Below, one piece after another: positions 14,471 to 26,740 of a stretch of DNA of 64,000 nucleotides. A program made the translations under genes and the position numbers. The stretch comes from Chrysomallon squamiferum (Eukaryota; Animalia; Mollusca), in contig CM022674.1 in assembly GCA_012295275.1 (NCBI GenBank), positions 2,046,001 through 2,110,000 of the forward strand. Reading direction: 5' to 3'. The notes under the pieces were generated by a model, which saw only the letters and a program-made list of their open reading frames with translations, was not told the DNA's origin and made no database searches. Numbering within the stretch: the first letter of the stretch is position 1; each line of letters opens with the position of its first letter.

Positions 14471-14584
14471 CAGGCATGTGTGCATGTGTATGTATTTGTG
14501 ATAACTTTAACATGTAATTATTAATTCTGTAATAATGTTTATTGCTATGTTTTTGTTTAAATAAATAATAATAAAATAAATAAA

Positions 14585-14644
<60 letters not shown>

Positions 14645-15081
14645 ATGAACAAGATACGGTAAACCGTTACTGAAAGATGACTTTTTACAGTAATTAAATT
14701 ATAAACTCAGTTTTCTGTCAGCAATATTTTAAATTATTACTCTATAATGTTTGAAAATAATATTACTTGTGTCTGGAATAATTATTTAGTTTCTGGAATA
14801 ATTATTTAGACTAATTATAAATAATATTAGTGTCAGTAATATTTTTAAATGGAACTTGATAATATTTTCAGTAATATACATTTAAAAATATTCTAGCTCT
14901 GTACTGTCAGTAAAAACTTTGCAATATTCTCGGTAATATTTTTCACAAGTGTCAGTAATATGCACATATATTTAAAACAGCGTTATTTTGGGGGTAATAT
15001 TGATAAAAAAAAATTAAGATATTACATTTTAATGTTATTGATATTTAAAAACACCCAATAATATAAATAAAAAAATAAAAC

Positions 15082-15135
<54 letters not shown>

Positions 15136-17057
15136 TAATAAAAATAAATAAATAAGTAAAGAAGAAAAAATAAAACAATAATAATAATAACAGCAATGAA
15201 AAACTGATCACAGAATATTGCTGACATCAGTAATATTTATCAGTAATATCACTGTAGTGATGGTAATGTTTGTTTTACAGAGCTCCTCCTCTACCCACCT
15301 CCTGACTCCACCCGATGCTAACAGGCTTGTGCCTGTCAAGGTGCGTATGTGTTGTCAGTGTTGTTCACCCGTTTGTCTAGCCTGGTACATTTCACTGGTT
15401 TCATTTTGCATCAAGCTTGGTGATGTAGTAACTAAAGTCAGGCTATGTAAAACAAAATTTTTTATTACAGTGCTTTCAGTTAGTAGTAGTCTAACTGGTA
15501 TATTTTGTCTCTAGTACCAAAAATTACTTCTAACAGTTGTAGGCTTTTTTGGCTATATGGGTAGTTTAACCTGCTTTTCCCAATCCAACCAATATTTGTT
15601 TACATTTGTAGAAGGTGCGTGGTTTTTTGGATCAGAAATCATTTTAAAATTTGTTTTTTGAAATTTTTGAATGAATGTCATAGATATATTTTCTATTTTT
15701 TTATTTTATTTTTGTTTGTGGTGATCTGTTTAACTTGTGTCTAAAATGCTGTGGTATGTGCTGCACTGTTTATCTTGATCAGTAATATTACAATATATTT
15801 TGGTGGCAGTCAGTTTCCTATGTTTTTTCATCTTGATTTGAATGAAATGAAAGAAAAAACAACAGACAATAATAAAAAAAATTAAGTAAAGATATACTTG
15901 TTGGACATCTGATTGAAATTATTTCATCAGTGAATTATTGAAAATAAATAAATAAATAAATAAAATAACACCAGCCTTTACTAATAACAAAGTTTGTGAC
16001 TTAAAATAACAGACCTAGAAGATTCATGGATGTATACATTTGTTCTCTCCATATTTTGTTATAATATATCTGTCTGTAGATGGATTCATATTGGAAATGA
16101 AAATTAGTCTAAAAGACTGATTAAAAGATTCACATAAATAAATAAATAAATAAATAAATAAACATTAGCAAACAAACAAGACAAATAAACAAATAAACTC
16201 AGTCTGTTAGCATTTTTTTTAATGTAAAATAGAATAACTAGAGAAAAGAAATATGTCAATAATATTCTACATTTTTCCTAAGAAAAATTATTCTAACTCC
16301 ATTCACTTATCATACGTATCATACAAAATATACTTGGACTATTTCACTGTCGCCATAGACACATTTTGTATCTGTTAGATTTCATACTAAAAATGCACTG
16401 TTGCTGACATCATTAACATAATTTATTCATTCCCATTTTTGTTTCACTTGAAAGAAACTTGATAATGAGATGCGTTATTTTTTGTTTTGGTGGTGGTGTT
16501 TTTTCCAGTTTCATTGATTTTGTTTGTTTTTATTTGTTACATTTCAGTGGTTTTGGTATTTTAATTATTTCTCTTTTCAACAGCAGTAGTTTATTATTCA
16601 GTAGATGATTACTGTTGTTTATTGTCTGATAAAACAGTTTGTGAATAGCTGTGTGTGACAGATGAGTTGATTGACAGACACATGGACAAACACACACACA
16701 GAGAAAACAAAGAGACAACACGGAAACACAAACATGCATAAAATAACAATAATATATGCATACATACATATATACATACATACACACATACATACTTACA
16801 TATATACATGCATGCATGCATACATACATACATACATACATACATCTACACATATACATGATACATACATGCATATACATATACACATGTATGCATACAT
16901 ACATACATACATACATTCATTACATACATACACACACACATACTTACATACATGTGTATAGACAGACATTTTTAATAGTTTTTTTTACACTTATTTATAT
17001 GTTTTATATGTTTGTTAGTCATAATATCTGTGTTTAATATATGTGTGTGTACATATA

Positions 17058-17106
<49 letters not shown>

Positions 17107-18477
17107 TGATGATAAGAAATGTTCTAACTAATACTACTGAATGATTTAACAGGACAGGACATACCATAACATTTGACACGCCAGCTGTAAACCATCTGTG
17201 AAAATCAGCCTTGGACTTAAGCAAACTGTCACCATTTCAAAATTCCTGTCCAGCTGTTGTTAATCTGTTACGAACAAAACCCTGTCTAATCCAGATGCTG
17301 TCTACTTTGCATTCCAGGTGTAAAATCCAGAAGAAAAGAACAGTTCATACAGGAATTAGCATTGTCAAATACTGGACACAAATTTACATGTAATTAGGCT
17401 ACAGCGTGAGATGAAATGATCGCCATTCTTTTAAAAGGCTTGATGAACAATGAAATGCAGTATTTCTTGTAATCACTATATCAAGCTAGATGATCAAGAT
17501 TGTTTTTAAAGTGTGTTGATACCTAAGTGAATTCACTCATTTAGATTTAGTGTCAAAAGGCTGAAGTCTGTGTAAAATACATATAACTCACATTTTGCTT
17601 TGTTTTGTTGAATTTGTTGTGATGTCCAAGCGACTTGAAGTAAAATTAATAGAAGAGTTTTAATCAAATCCACTTGTGTGAATAGAAAAATTTAGCTAGA
17701 GAGGAGTTGGGCTTTGGAGAAGAAAAATGAAAAAAAAAAAAAAAATGCAATCATCAGTAATGGACTGTTTTTTCAACAGACACTTGATAGATGTTTAACA
17801 TTTGTAATAAAATATATTCCTGTTTTGTGTCAATTTAATCTTTATAAACTGGCACTGTATAAATTGGCAGATGTTGTTAGTCCCAAGTGAATCCAGGTTT
17901 TGACAGAGTCCACTGTATGTGTTGTTTATAATGATAGTTTACAGCTGGGTTGTCAAACGTTATGGTATGTACTGTCATGTTAAATCATTCATTAATATTA
18001 GTTAATTCACTCGTTATCATCACCGATATTCCAAATGAATGACAAAAGCAACAAACGTCAGAAGGAATAAATAATTATAGTAATAAATAAATTAAAATGA
18101 CATCAGAATAAAATAAATAAATAAATAAATGAATAATAACAAATAAAAGTAATTAATGAATTAATAAATATTCATAATTCAATAGTTTGTAATAGTGGTA
18201 TTAGTAGCAGTAGTAGTAATTGTAATGGTGATGATGATGATGATGATAATAAATAAATATCCATGATTCAGTTGTTAGTAAAGTACTAGTAGTAGTAGTA
18301 GGAGCAGTAGTAGTAGTAGTAGTAGTAGTAGCAGTTGTAGTAATTATAATGATGATGATGATGATGATGATGATAACACTCATGCTTTACACCTGCTAAG
18401 TAATAAATTTATTTCATCAGTCAGAAAATTGTTGTCATTTAAAAAAGAAATAACTGTCACATTTTGTGTTTGTTTGT

Positions 18478-18516
<39 letters not shown>

Positions 18517-19280
18517 TTTGTTTGTTTCTGTGTAGGTGTATCAGGCAGTAAGTTCAAGTGACCCAGATCAAAGGTATCACATCGCAGTCAGTGGGAAATC
18601 TTTTGCTGTGATTTACACTCACTTTCCCGAGCTCCTGTCAAAGGTAAAAAATCTCGCATTCTTCATTCAACAGTTTAAACACTGTGTCATTGTCTTTTAT
18701 GTGAACCACAGATCTGCAAAAAAGATTAAGAGAATTTTAGGATTTTAAAAATGTATTTATTGTTGAGATTTTTAATTTTCAGCATGACCATCATCATTAA
18801 GGATACAAATTGTGCTATGATTCTGAAGTTATAGAAAAATATTTTGTAGCTGATTTTCAGTGATAACTACAATAATACTGTTAAAAATTCAAAGCTTCTT
18901 TTCCCTTATTCATTTTGCAAATCTGTTTGGCACACATGGGCTTTATAATAACCCTGTACGAAAGATTTATTGGTAGCTTCTGTTCAAATCAGTTTAATTT
19001 AGATTTCTATGTAAACTGGTATTGTTTTAATTATCAGGATTTTTGAAGTTGTCTTTGGAAATTAATCTGTTCAAATTCACTTCTACCTAAGCAAATGTTT
19101 TTTGTTTTTTTTTTCTTCTTCTTTTTTAACAAACTTTTCAGATTTTAAATTCCTTTCAGCTACTGTTGATGTTTTGAAAATAAATTTGTTTTGTTATCAA
19201 GTAGAATATTTCTTTATTTGAAATGTCATGTATATTATATCTTTTGTATTGTTTGTAATTGTTTGCATCTGTGTGTATAT

Positions 19281-19329
<49 letters not shown>

Positions 19330-19884
19330 GGATGGTGGGTATATGGGTGTGTATATATTTATGTACATATATGTACGTTCAGGTGTGTGTGTGTGTGTGA
19401 CTGTGTTTATGTACTATATATGTGCTTGTGTATGTGTGTCTTGTCATGCTATATATGTATATATGTGTCTCTGTTTGTATGTGTGTCTGTTTGTTTGTAT
19501 GTATGTCTGTCTGTCAGTATTTATATACTGTATATATGTTTCTATTTGTATTTGTATGTGAGTGAGTGTTTTATGCAGTATGTTTGTGTGGGTGCATGTT
19601 TTCATGTTAGACTACAGACACATGCACACCAGTTAGATCCTACACTTACTAACTGTTGATGATAATCTCTTCTCAGATCTGTGTCAAAGGTACAGTGTTT
19701 GCAAGGATGTCTCCTGATCAGAAATGTCAGCTGATACAACAGTTACAATCTTTAGGGTAAGTACTGTCCTGCCTAGTTTCCATTCAAAATATTTAAGGAA
19801 TATTTAAAGTATTACCTTTTTTTATTTTCTAATATATATACATACATATATATACATATATATATTATATATACATATATATAC

Positions 19885-19927
<43 letters not shown>

Positions 19928-22900
19928 TATATATTTGATAATGTTTAATTTAAATTCCATCTAAATTTAGTTTGATTTTTGTTTCAATATTTTATTTATT
20001 AACAAAAAGATTAGTTACTATAAATTATAATGGTAATATGGATGAATGTATTATATATATATATTTGAGCTGTAAAAATTATTATATGCTACATTATTAG
20101 GTTCCTTTAAACTGAGTATAGAGTGCTGTTTGTAAACAAACTGTTTACTTTTTTCAGGTACATTGTGGGAATGTGTGGAGATGGAGCCAATGACTGTGAA
20201 GTGAGCAGTTTGTATTGTTTGTTGTTATGACAATCAGAGAATTTTAAAAAATCATTAACAATTTATCTATAATTATTTATTTTGTGAATAATGTATTCAT
20301 TCTGATCTACTGACAGACCCATCGATCTATCTATCTATCTATCTACCACACACATAAAATATTTATGTTTAATAAAATGATCTATCTATCAAATTTCTAT
20401 CTATCTATGTATGTATGTATTTCTGTTTATATATTTTAAAATGCACTGCTGGATCTGTTTGTTTATTTATTTATTTATGTATGTATGTATGTATGTCATC
20501 ACTGCCATCAGGTCTGTGTGTCTGTCTGTCTGTCTATCTATCTATTTGTTTATTCCCAGGCTTTAAAACTCTCATCTGCACATGCTGGAAAACTTTCCCT
20601 GTCTGAGGCAGAGGCATCAGTAAAAGCTCCATTCACATCTAGAATCCCATCACATTCAGGTGTCATCACTGCCATCAGGTAAAACTCTCAAAACTGATTT
20701 CAGGTAATAACATCAAAAACTTATCACTGGCTTCAGGTTTTGATTTCCATCAGTATGATTATAGATAAAACAGATTTTAAAACTGAAGTCCAAGGTAAAA
20801 CTGCTCATCTGAGGTTGGATGTTTTAAGTAAATCTTTTTTTTTTTTACTCAACATAAATGAGAATTGAGAAGAAAATGTTTGAAAAATTGTCTTAAAGGA
20901 ACAAAAACTCAATTTCAAATATTATCATTATTTGTTCGAAATGTATATCTGCTTTTTCATTTCTATATGGTTATAAAACAAATTTTAAAGTCCAAAACCA
21001 ATGTCTTAAATTTGAATATTTTAGTAATAAAAGTTTTTTAAAGTATAACCTTATTACAGAAAGTCTTCTGTAGGAAACTTCCTCTCTGTTTATCTATATA
21101 TCACCTGCATGGTGCTGTGTAACTGTTAGTTTAAAATGTGTTCAGTCTGTCTTCAGAAAATCTATCTTTATATTTTACCATATCATCCCATATTTATATT
21201 TATATTTATTTAATTCTTCTGATAACCCCAAAAAATAAAAATAAATAAATATTTAAAGCTTTGATTTGATTTGATTGTTAAAGTAAAGGTTCATGTTGTT
21301 GTGTATGATGTTGTACTAAAATGTTTTTGTTACAGAGAAGGTCGGGCAGCTCTGGTGACGTCATTCGGCTGTTTCAAGTACATGGCTCTCTACAGCTTCA
21401 TCCAGTTTGCTTCCATCCTCATCTTGTACACGGTAAGAACAGGCTGGAAGCTGAGAAACTCTTCTCGATTACATCATGACTGAAAACTCAGTTTTTAAAA
21501 AATAAATAATAATTAACCTTTAAGTCTAGTTAATGACATAAGCACTGAAGATAAAAGTTTGGATTGAAAACTTCAAAAGAAATCAAATCAAATATTTCTG
21601 GTCTCCGTAAATATGTGAGTTGAAACACCTGAAAATTCATCTTCAGAATTGTAAAGGAAAAAAAGACAAGATTTGATTCTAGATAATAATATAAATCAGA
21701 ACAATAAAAATTAAAAATTAAATATATATATATATATATATTAACATTTTTTCAGTCTTGTTAATGAGATTATGAAAAATGAATTTCAGATTTTTTTAAA
21801 ATAAATAACTTTCTGGCCTAGATAATGATAAAAGCACAACAATAAATAGCAGCTAGAAAGTAAAAACTTTAAAACAAAAACTAAAAAAACCCTACCAAAA
21901 TCTAGATAATGACATAAACCAATGAATAAATGTCAAGTTTCAAAATAAACAAATTAAAACAAATAAAAAGAAAACCTATCGAAATAATGACATATACTAT
22001 TTATTTACTTTCTTTAAATAAATTTTTATTTATATTTTGTTTGGATGTTAGACGATTCCTTTATTAAATATTTTTATTATTAAAATGAGATGACACAGTC
22101 TGTTTTGATTGTTTCTGTTCTAAAAATAGATTTAACAACCTGATTAAAAATTCAAACATTTTTTTTTTTTTTTTTCTGTTTTACAGTTTGGAGCAAATTT
22201 GTCAGATTTTGAATTCCTCTACATTGATCTTGTCATAACTTTGTCCATCGCAGTGTTCAGTAAGTGTCTGTCATATTTATCTTTAATTAATTTATTTTGT
22301 TTCATATATAATTTTTCATAATCACTGGAGTTTGTTTTGAATGGTGGCTTTTTTTTACATCGTTTTATTGAGGTGAATCCTTTCAGCATATGTATTTTAT
22401 ATACTAAGACAGAGACATAAGCACATTCATGGATATTATACATATACATACATATATACAGACACATACACCTACAAATGCATGTACATACACACATACA
22501 AACTCATGCACACACATAGACATACATACATAAACATGCACAGACATACAAACACACACATACATACATACACAAACAGATACTGATGCATATACACACA
22601 TCACACATAAATTCATAGATATACAAACATACATTCATACCCTAACATACATTCACTCATACACTGACATGCAAATAATGCAGATAAGTGCAAACACATA
22701 ACAAAAATACATTTACAAAGATCTGCATAAACACACACATATGTGATACAAACTGAATCTACTGTGAACAAATCATATGTGAATACAAATGCAAACCCCA
22801 CACACACACACACACAAAAATGGATCTATTAAAAGGGTTTTTCACAATATGAATTAAAAAATTAAGAAAACTTGTGTCTGTGTTTCAGTGAGTTACACAA

Positions 22901-23156
22901 AAGCGTATGACAGACTGGTACACAAGAAGCCGCCAGGCAGTCTGATGAAGGTTTCTAATCTAGTGTCCATCTTCATGCAGGTCACGTTAGTGTTCATCTT
23001 CCAAGTGTCTGCCTATCTCTTCTTACGATCACAGTCATGGTAGGAGTATTTTCTTTTAATTACCCTGTTTGTAGGTGTCTGTATGTGTGTGTGTCTATGT
23101 GTGGATATTATATATATGTGTGTGTGTGTGTTTGTGTTTGTGTGTGAGTGTATGTT

Positions 23157-23233
<77 letters not shown>

Positions 23234-25956
23234 CTGCTTGATTTGTCTGCTTGATTTGTCACTGTATTTGTGTTCACATGTGCACACATGTCATATTATA
23301 TATGTCTTTATTTAATATCACTACATTCTTTTGTAAATACCTGTGTAGTGTTTCTTATTTCTTATTCTTTCTGATTTTTAAACATTTATATTCTTCAGTT
23401 AACCACATTTTTACTGTAACAGTACTAAACAGCAAATCACAAAAAAACCATTAGTAATTTGACTATTCATATATCAAAAGTACAGCAAAATACATATTTT
23501 ACATACACCTACTCACAGCCAGGACAACACATACCATAGCTTTTTTTTCATTTCTTTTTCTTTACTATAAACTAAAGCACATTATGCTGATGAATTACCA
23601 AGTTTGTGGGTGTTTTGTGTCTAGTTAAACGTTTGTTTTGTCAGGTATGTTGAATCTGTACCCAATGGAAATCTGGACAATGTTAGGTCATGGGAAAGCA
23701 CGATTATTTTCCTGGTCTCGACCTACATGTACGTCGCAGTCGCATTCTGCTTCTCAAAGGGTCCACCTTTCAGAAAACCAATCTGGACTAACTGTGAGAT
23801 ATGATTTTATTATTTTATTATTCATTTTTATTACTGTTTTATTTGTTTACTTGTTTGTTTGTTTTTTTTTTGTTTTGTTTTATTTTATTTTATTTTATTT
23901 TTATTTTATTTTATTTTTTTTTTTTTTTTATTTTATTTTTTAAATTTTATTTTAATTTATTTTGTTTTTGTTTTGTTTTGTTTTATTTTGTTTTATTTAT
24001 GTTTTTATTTTAGTTTTTGTTTGTTGGTTTTTTATTTTTTTTTTATTTTTTTTTTTTTTTTTTTTTACTTATCTATTTATTTATTATTTGATTTTATTTC
24101 TTGTTTTTTTTTAATTTTTAAAATTTTTGCTTAATTTTTAGATTCTCTAGATATCTTGTTTTATGTTTGTTTCTTTTTTTATATATATTTTTTAAAACAT
24201 TTTTTTTATTATTGTGTTGTTGTTTTTAGACGTATTAAATTATAATTAAACATTATTTTCTCCATTCTATTTATTTTTATTTTTAAATTCATTATCATTA
24301 TGTAGCCCATAACTATAACTTAATAAACAATCACAGACAAACAAAAAAAAAAAAATGTTTTTATTAAATAAAATATTTCTTAGTTCATTATTTGTTTTTA
24401 TTTTCTTATCACAGATCTGTTTCTCATTGACATTGTCCTTCTGTTTGCGTTCTCTACATTCTTACTGCTGTATCCTATAGAGCCATTGGAAAACTTCTTC
24501 CAGGTGAGCATGGTTTTAAATTTCTTCGTTAGTAAAGTCGTCTGTCTCTAAAAATTGTGAATTTACCTGTCAGGTAATTAACTAATTAATAAATTCATTC
24601 ATTCATTCGTTGAGGTGTTATAATTAACACTGCAGTGACATAACAAATACATGACAGTCTTCACATGGTTGATGTCACATGTCATTCATTAAAAGCAACA
24701 AAAATAACATGTCAACAATAGGTTACAAATATGTGATACATAATTTGTTGACAGTGGATTACATTTGTGACACATATAATTTCTTACAGTAGATTTTCTG
24801 AGTTTGTGATTTTACAATTTGTCTCTGTAACTTGTCAAAGCATTCTCTAAATGCAAAATGGTATGAACAAGAGAATGTCACATGGTATTAACTCTTCTTA
24901 TACTACCCCAAAAAATTATTTTATATTTCAGTCTTTTAAAAAATTCCTTGCATAAAGCTAAATAAATAATTTTTTTTATATTTTTAAACATTCCTTGCAT
25001 TTAACAAACAAAGTATTTTGTATTAGATTTTTAAATTTCTTGCAGTTAAGAAAATAAGTATTTATTATTTGATTTTTAAAAAAAATAAATGTTATAACAC
25101 TTTTCTTTTAGATGAAACCTCTTCATGAAAAACCACTGAGTTTTCGCTTGTACATTTTTGGATTTGCAATTGGATTTGCTGTAGCTTCAAATGTTTTGGA
25201 GGTAAATTCTATTTTGTTTTTGTTTGAAATAGATTAAATTATTATTATCATCATCATTATTATTATTACTAGTACTATTTGTTATTGTTGTTATTATATG
25301 TTCTATTATTTATTATTATTTTTATTATTATTATATTTAGTATTATTAGTTAAAAATGTTCTACATTTCACTTGGTTAATTTTCAATTTTGATTGTAATG
25401 TTTAACAAATTTAAGAAAATAATCATTTATTTATTTATTTTTTATTATTATGAATTGTTTTTTCTGTCCAGATAATAATTGTTGAAAATGTAACTACGCT
25501 ACAAAACTTCTGTACATAATTGCTTGTTTAATTTTCAGTTTTAAATTTAAATGTTTAAATAAGTATAATCATTTATTTATTTAAATATTTATTTATTTAT
25601 TTATTTATAGATAGTAATATCCTAAAATTTTAATAAATTAGAAAGCCATAATGAATTGTGTCCATTTTTTTAAAGATATTAAATATACATTTTAATGTTA
25701 AAGAAAGTAATCAATCTATTTTTTTATATATATATTTATTTGTTTCCAGATGATAATCGTTGAAAGTGATTTACTTAAACCACTCTACCGAATGTGTAAC
25801 CGAAGACAAGCACCATTAGCATACAAAGTTATTGAGAAAGAACTGAAGGCTTCTGATTGGCCACCGATTGGTCAGGTGACATTTCCATCAACCAATGGCG
25901 GTGAAGATTTTAATGAGATGCATGTTGAAATGGATTCAGGACGAGCAGTGCACTGA
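745..25956 (+). CDS. ATP13A3: P5B-type (polyamine-transporting) ATPase, ATP13A3-like; 28 coding exons in window, 5' end upstream
   Basis: Exons joined by GT-AG with consistent phase: 745-909,1578-1655,2441-2510,3096-3230,3630-3699,4460-4591,5129-5290,5765-5922,6744-6932,7475-7536,8047-8191,8762-8857,9482-9635,10186-10306,10831-10955,12395-12591,15281-15340,18536-18643,19677-19756,20158-20200,20560-20678,21336-21432,22187-22259,22889-23039,23645-23793,24415-24503,25112-25201,25750-25956 (TGA). Motifs: LNPFYIFQ, WxxDEYY, SMLTGES, PPALP (P5B signature; P5A has PPELP), [54 protein letters not shown]. The symbol names the closest vertebrate subfamily member; it may be co-orthologous to ATP13A2-5. 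Confidence 0.95.
940..1400. repeat. Degenerate AT-rich intronic minisatellite (~45-50 bp unit)
   Basis: Recurrent ttattacatagcatataatgttat...aaaat variants. Confidence 0.7.
1578..1655 (+). CDS. ATP13A3: ATP13A3-like exon
   Basis: acag|...|gtaaat; [25 protein letters not shown]. Confidence 0.85.
2125..2217. repeat. Three-copy ~31-bp tandem repeat
   Basis: tttattatcactaaagattggttt x3. Confidence 0.8.
2441..2510 (+). CDS. ATP13A3: ATP13A3-like exon
   Basis: tcag|...|gtagtt; [23 protein letters not shown]. Confidence 0.9.
3096..3230 (+). CDS. ATP13A3: ATP13A3-like exon (TM1-TM2)
   Basis: [45 protein letters not shown]. Confidence 0.95.
3630..3699 (+). CDS. ATP13A3: ATP13A3-like exon
   Basis: acag|[23 protein letters not shown]|gtgagt. 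Confidence 0.9.
4460..4591 (+). CDS. ATP13A3: ATP13A3-like exon (A domain)
   Basis: [13 protein letters not shown]...[18 protein letters not shown]. Confidence 0.95.
5129..5290 (+). CDS. ATP13A3: ATP13A3-like exon (TGES motif)
   Basis: [11 protein letters not shown]...[10 protein letters not shown]...LVVRT|gtgagt. Confidence 0.95.
5765..5922 (+). CDS. ATP13A3: ATP13A3-like exon (TM3)
   Basis: [34 protein letters not shown]...|gtaagt. Confidence 0.95.
6744..6932 (+). CDS. ATP13A3: ATP13A3-like exon (TM4, PPALP)
   Basis: [19 protein letters not shown]...[20 protein letters not shown]; alternative in-frame acceptor would start the exon at 6756. Confidence 0.93.
6955..7290. repeat. Degenerate ~27-30 bp minisatellite after a donor site
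   Basis: ctagaaagactgagtt variants repeated. Confidence 0.65.
7475..7536 (+). CDS. ATP13A3: ATP13A3-like exon (completes DKTGTLT)
   Basis: tcag|[20 protein letters not shown]|gtttgt. Confidence 0.93.
8047..8191 (+). CDS. ATP13A3: ATP13A3-like exon (N domain)
   Basis: [30 protein letters not shown]. Confidence 0.95.
8762..8857 (+). CDS. ATP13A3: ATP13A3-like exon
   Basis: [32 protein letters not shown]|gtatgt. Confidence 0.9.
9255..9470. repeat. ~40-bp minisatellite abutting an acceptor
   Basis: ttttaaaggttaatatgctacaaaatacagtaaaat x~6. Confidence 0.8.
9482..9635 (+). CDS. ATP13A3: ATP13A3-like exon (KGAPE)
   Basis: [20 protein letters not shown]...[17 protein letters not shown]. Confidence 0.95.
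10186..10306 (+). CDS. ATP13A3: ATP13A3-like exon
   Basis: [27 protein letters not shown]...QRIS. Confidence 0.95.
10489..10705. repeat. 43-bp minisatellite, 5 copies
   Basis: gtgactgctgtagttgtatctacaggtagagtagatcaaattg; starts at 10489, 10532, 10575, 10618, 10661. Confidence 0.92.
10831..10955 (+). CDS. ATP13A3: ATP13A3-like exon
   Basis: [23 protein letters not shown]...IRTIMVT|gttagt. Confidence 0.95.
11378..12405 (+). repeat. ~50-bp minisatellite made of a 3' splice site plus exon start, about 20 units
   Basis: Unit aaatctgaaatataccttcatgatata(t)nccag|gtgatatRact; the last unit is the real acceptor and exon start at 12395. Confidence 0.95.
12395..12591 (+). CDS. ATP13A3: ATP13A3-like exon (TGD motif)
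   Basis: [17 protein letters not shown]...ESIIDDN|gtaaga. Confidence 0.92.
15281..15340 (+). CDS. ATP13A3: ATP13A3-like small phase 0-0 exon
   Basis: ttttacag|[20 protein letters not shown]|gtgcgt; 60-nt GC-richer island in an AT-rich intron. Confidence 0.7.
18536..18643 (+). CDS. ATP13A3: ATP13A3-like exon
   Basis: [36 protein letters not shown]. Confidence 0.93.
19677..19756 (+). CDS. ATP13A3: ATP13A3-like exon
   Basis: [26 protein letters not shown]|gtaagt. Confidence 0.95.
20158..20200 (+). CDS. ATP13A3: ATP13A3-like exon (GDGAND)
   Basis: [14 protein letters not shown]|gtgagc. Confidence 0.95.
20560..20678 (+). CDS. ATP13A3: ATP13A3-like exon (atypical in-frame insertions)
   Basis: [39 protein letters not shown]; frame preserved. 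Confidence 0.85.
21336..21432 (+). CDS. ATP13A3: ATP13A3-like exon (TM5)
   Basis: [32 protein letters not shown]. Confidence 0.95.
22187..22259 (+). CDS. ATP13A3: ATP13A3-like exon (TM6)
   Basis: [24 protein letters not shown]|gtaagt. Confidence 0.95.
22889..23039 (+). CDS. ATP13A3: ATP13A3-like exon (TM7)
   Basis: [30 protein letters not shown]...RSQS. Confidence 0.93.
23645..23793 (+). CDS. ATP13A3: ATP13A3-like exon (TM8)
   Basis: [35 protein letters not shown]. Confidence 0.95.
24415..24503 (+). CDS. ATP13A3: ATP13A3-like exon (TM9)
   Basis: [29 protein letters not shown]|gtgagc. Confidence 0.92.
25112..25201 (+). CDS. ATP13A3: ATP13A3-like exon (TM10)
   Basis: [30 protein letters not shown]|gtaaat. 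Confidence 0.9.
25750..25956 (+). CDS. ATP13A3: ATP13A3-like terminal coding exon
   Basis: ttccag|MIIVES...[15 protein letters not shown]...AVH*; YKxxxxEL..xWPP resembles the ATP13A3 C-terminal tail. Confidence 0.9.
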   Translation: MIIVESDLLKPLYRMCNRRQAPLAYKVIEKELKASDWPPIGQVTFPSTNGGEDFNEMHVEMDSGRAVH

Positions 25957-26574
25957 AAGCTATTTTTAGACATTAATGCCTTATTGCTTGCAGTATTTAG
26001 TCATTTTTCTTAACTATGGGATGATATTTTTAATGAATAACACCATTATTTTCTTAACATGATATTGTTTTTCTAATGTTTACAAAAGTAAGTTTAGTTT
26101 TTCAGTCCCAACTGAACTGTGATGAATATATATATATTTTTTATTATTATTGTTTGTTTTATTTTTTTATCATTATTGTCATTATTATTACTGTTAGTTT
26201 TATTTTTGTTATTATTATTATTATTATTATTATTCTGAGGACTTGTTGTACAAAAGATATTCTATTTAATTATGTAAATTTATTTAAGTGGCCTTAAATC
26301 TATTATTTCTACATTCTTTTTATCAACAAAATTATTTTTAATCATGTCTTGAAATGTTAATAAAAAAAAACTAACATTTTAGTACCTAGAAAAACCAGCT
26401 GAGGCTTTGTTACAAGGATTTATATGTGTCTAATGATATGTTTAACCCATGCAGGTTTGCTGGTTTATTTTGAATATAAGTGTGTGTGAAACATCCATAG
26501 TTCAAGGATTTATAGAAACTTCCAAAACCACTGAATGGATAGATAGATAGATAGATAGATATGTATATATAGAT

Positions 26575-26612
<38 letters not shown>

Positions 26613-26708
26613 GTTTTTTTGTGTGCGTGTATATATAAAACAGTATTTGCTAAGATCACTGTCAAGAAATTAAAGATTAATTAACATTTTTTTAAGATAT
26701 TATACAGC

Positions 26709-26740
<32 letters not shown>

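Noticed and set aside
16077-16120. Possible extra ATP13A exon after tctgtag at 16079
   Set aside because: The phase-0 frame stops after six codons (MDSYWK*) and no suitable donor follows.
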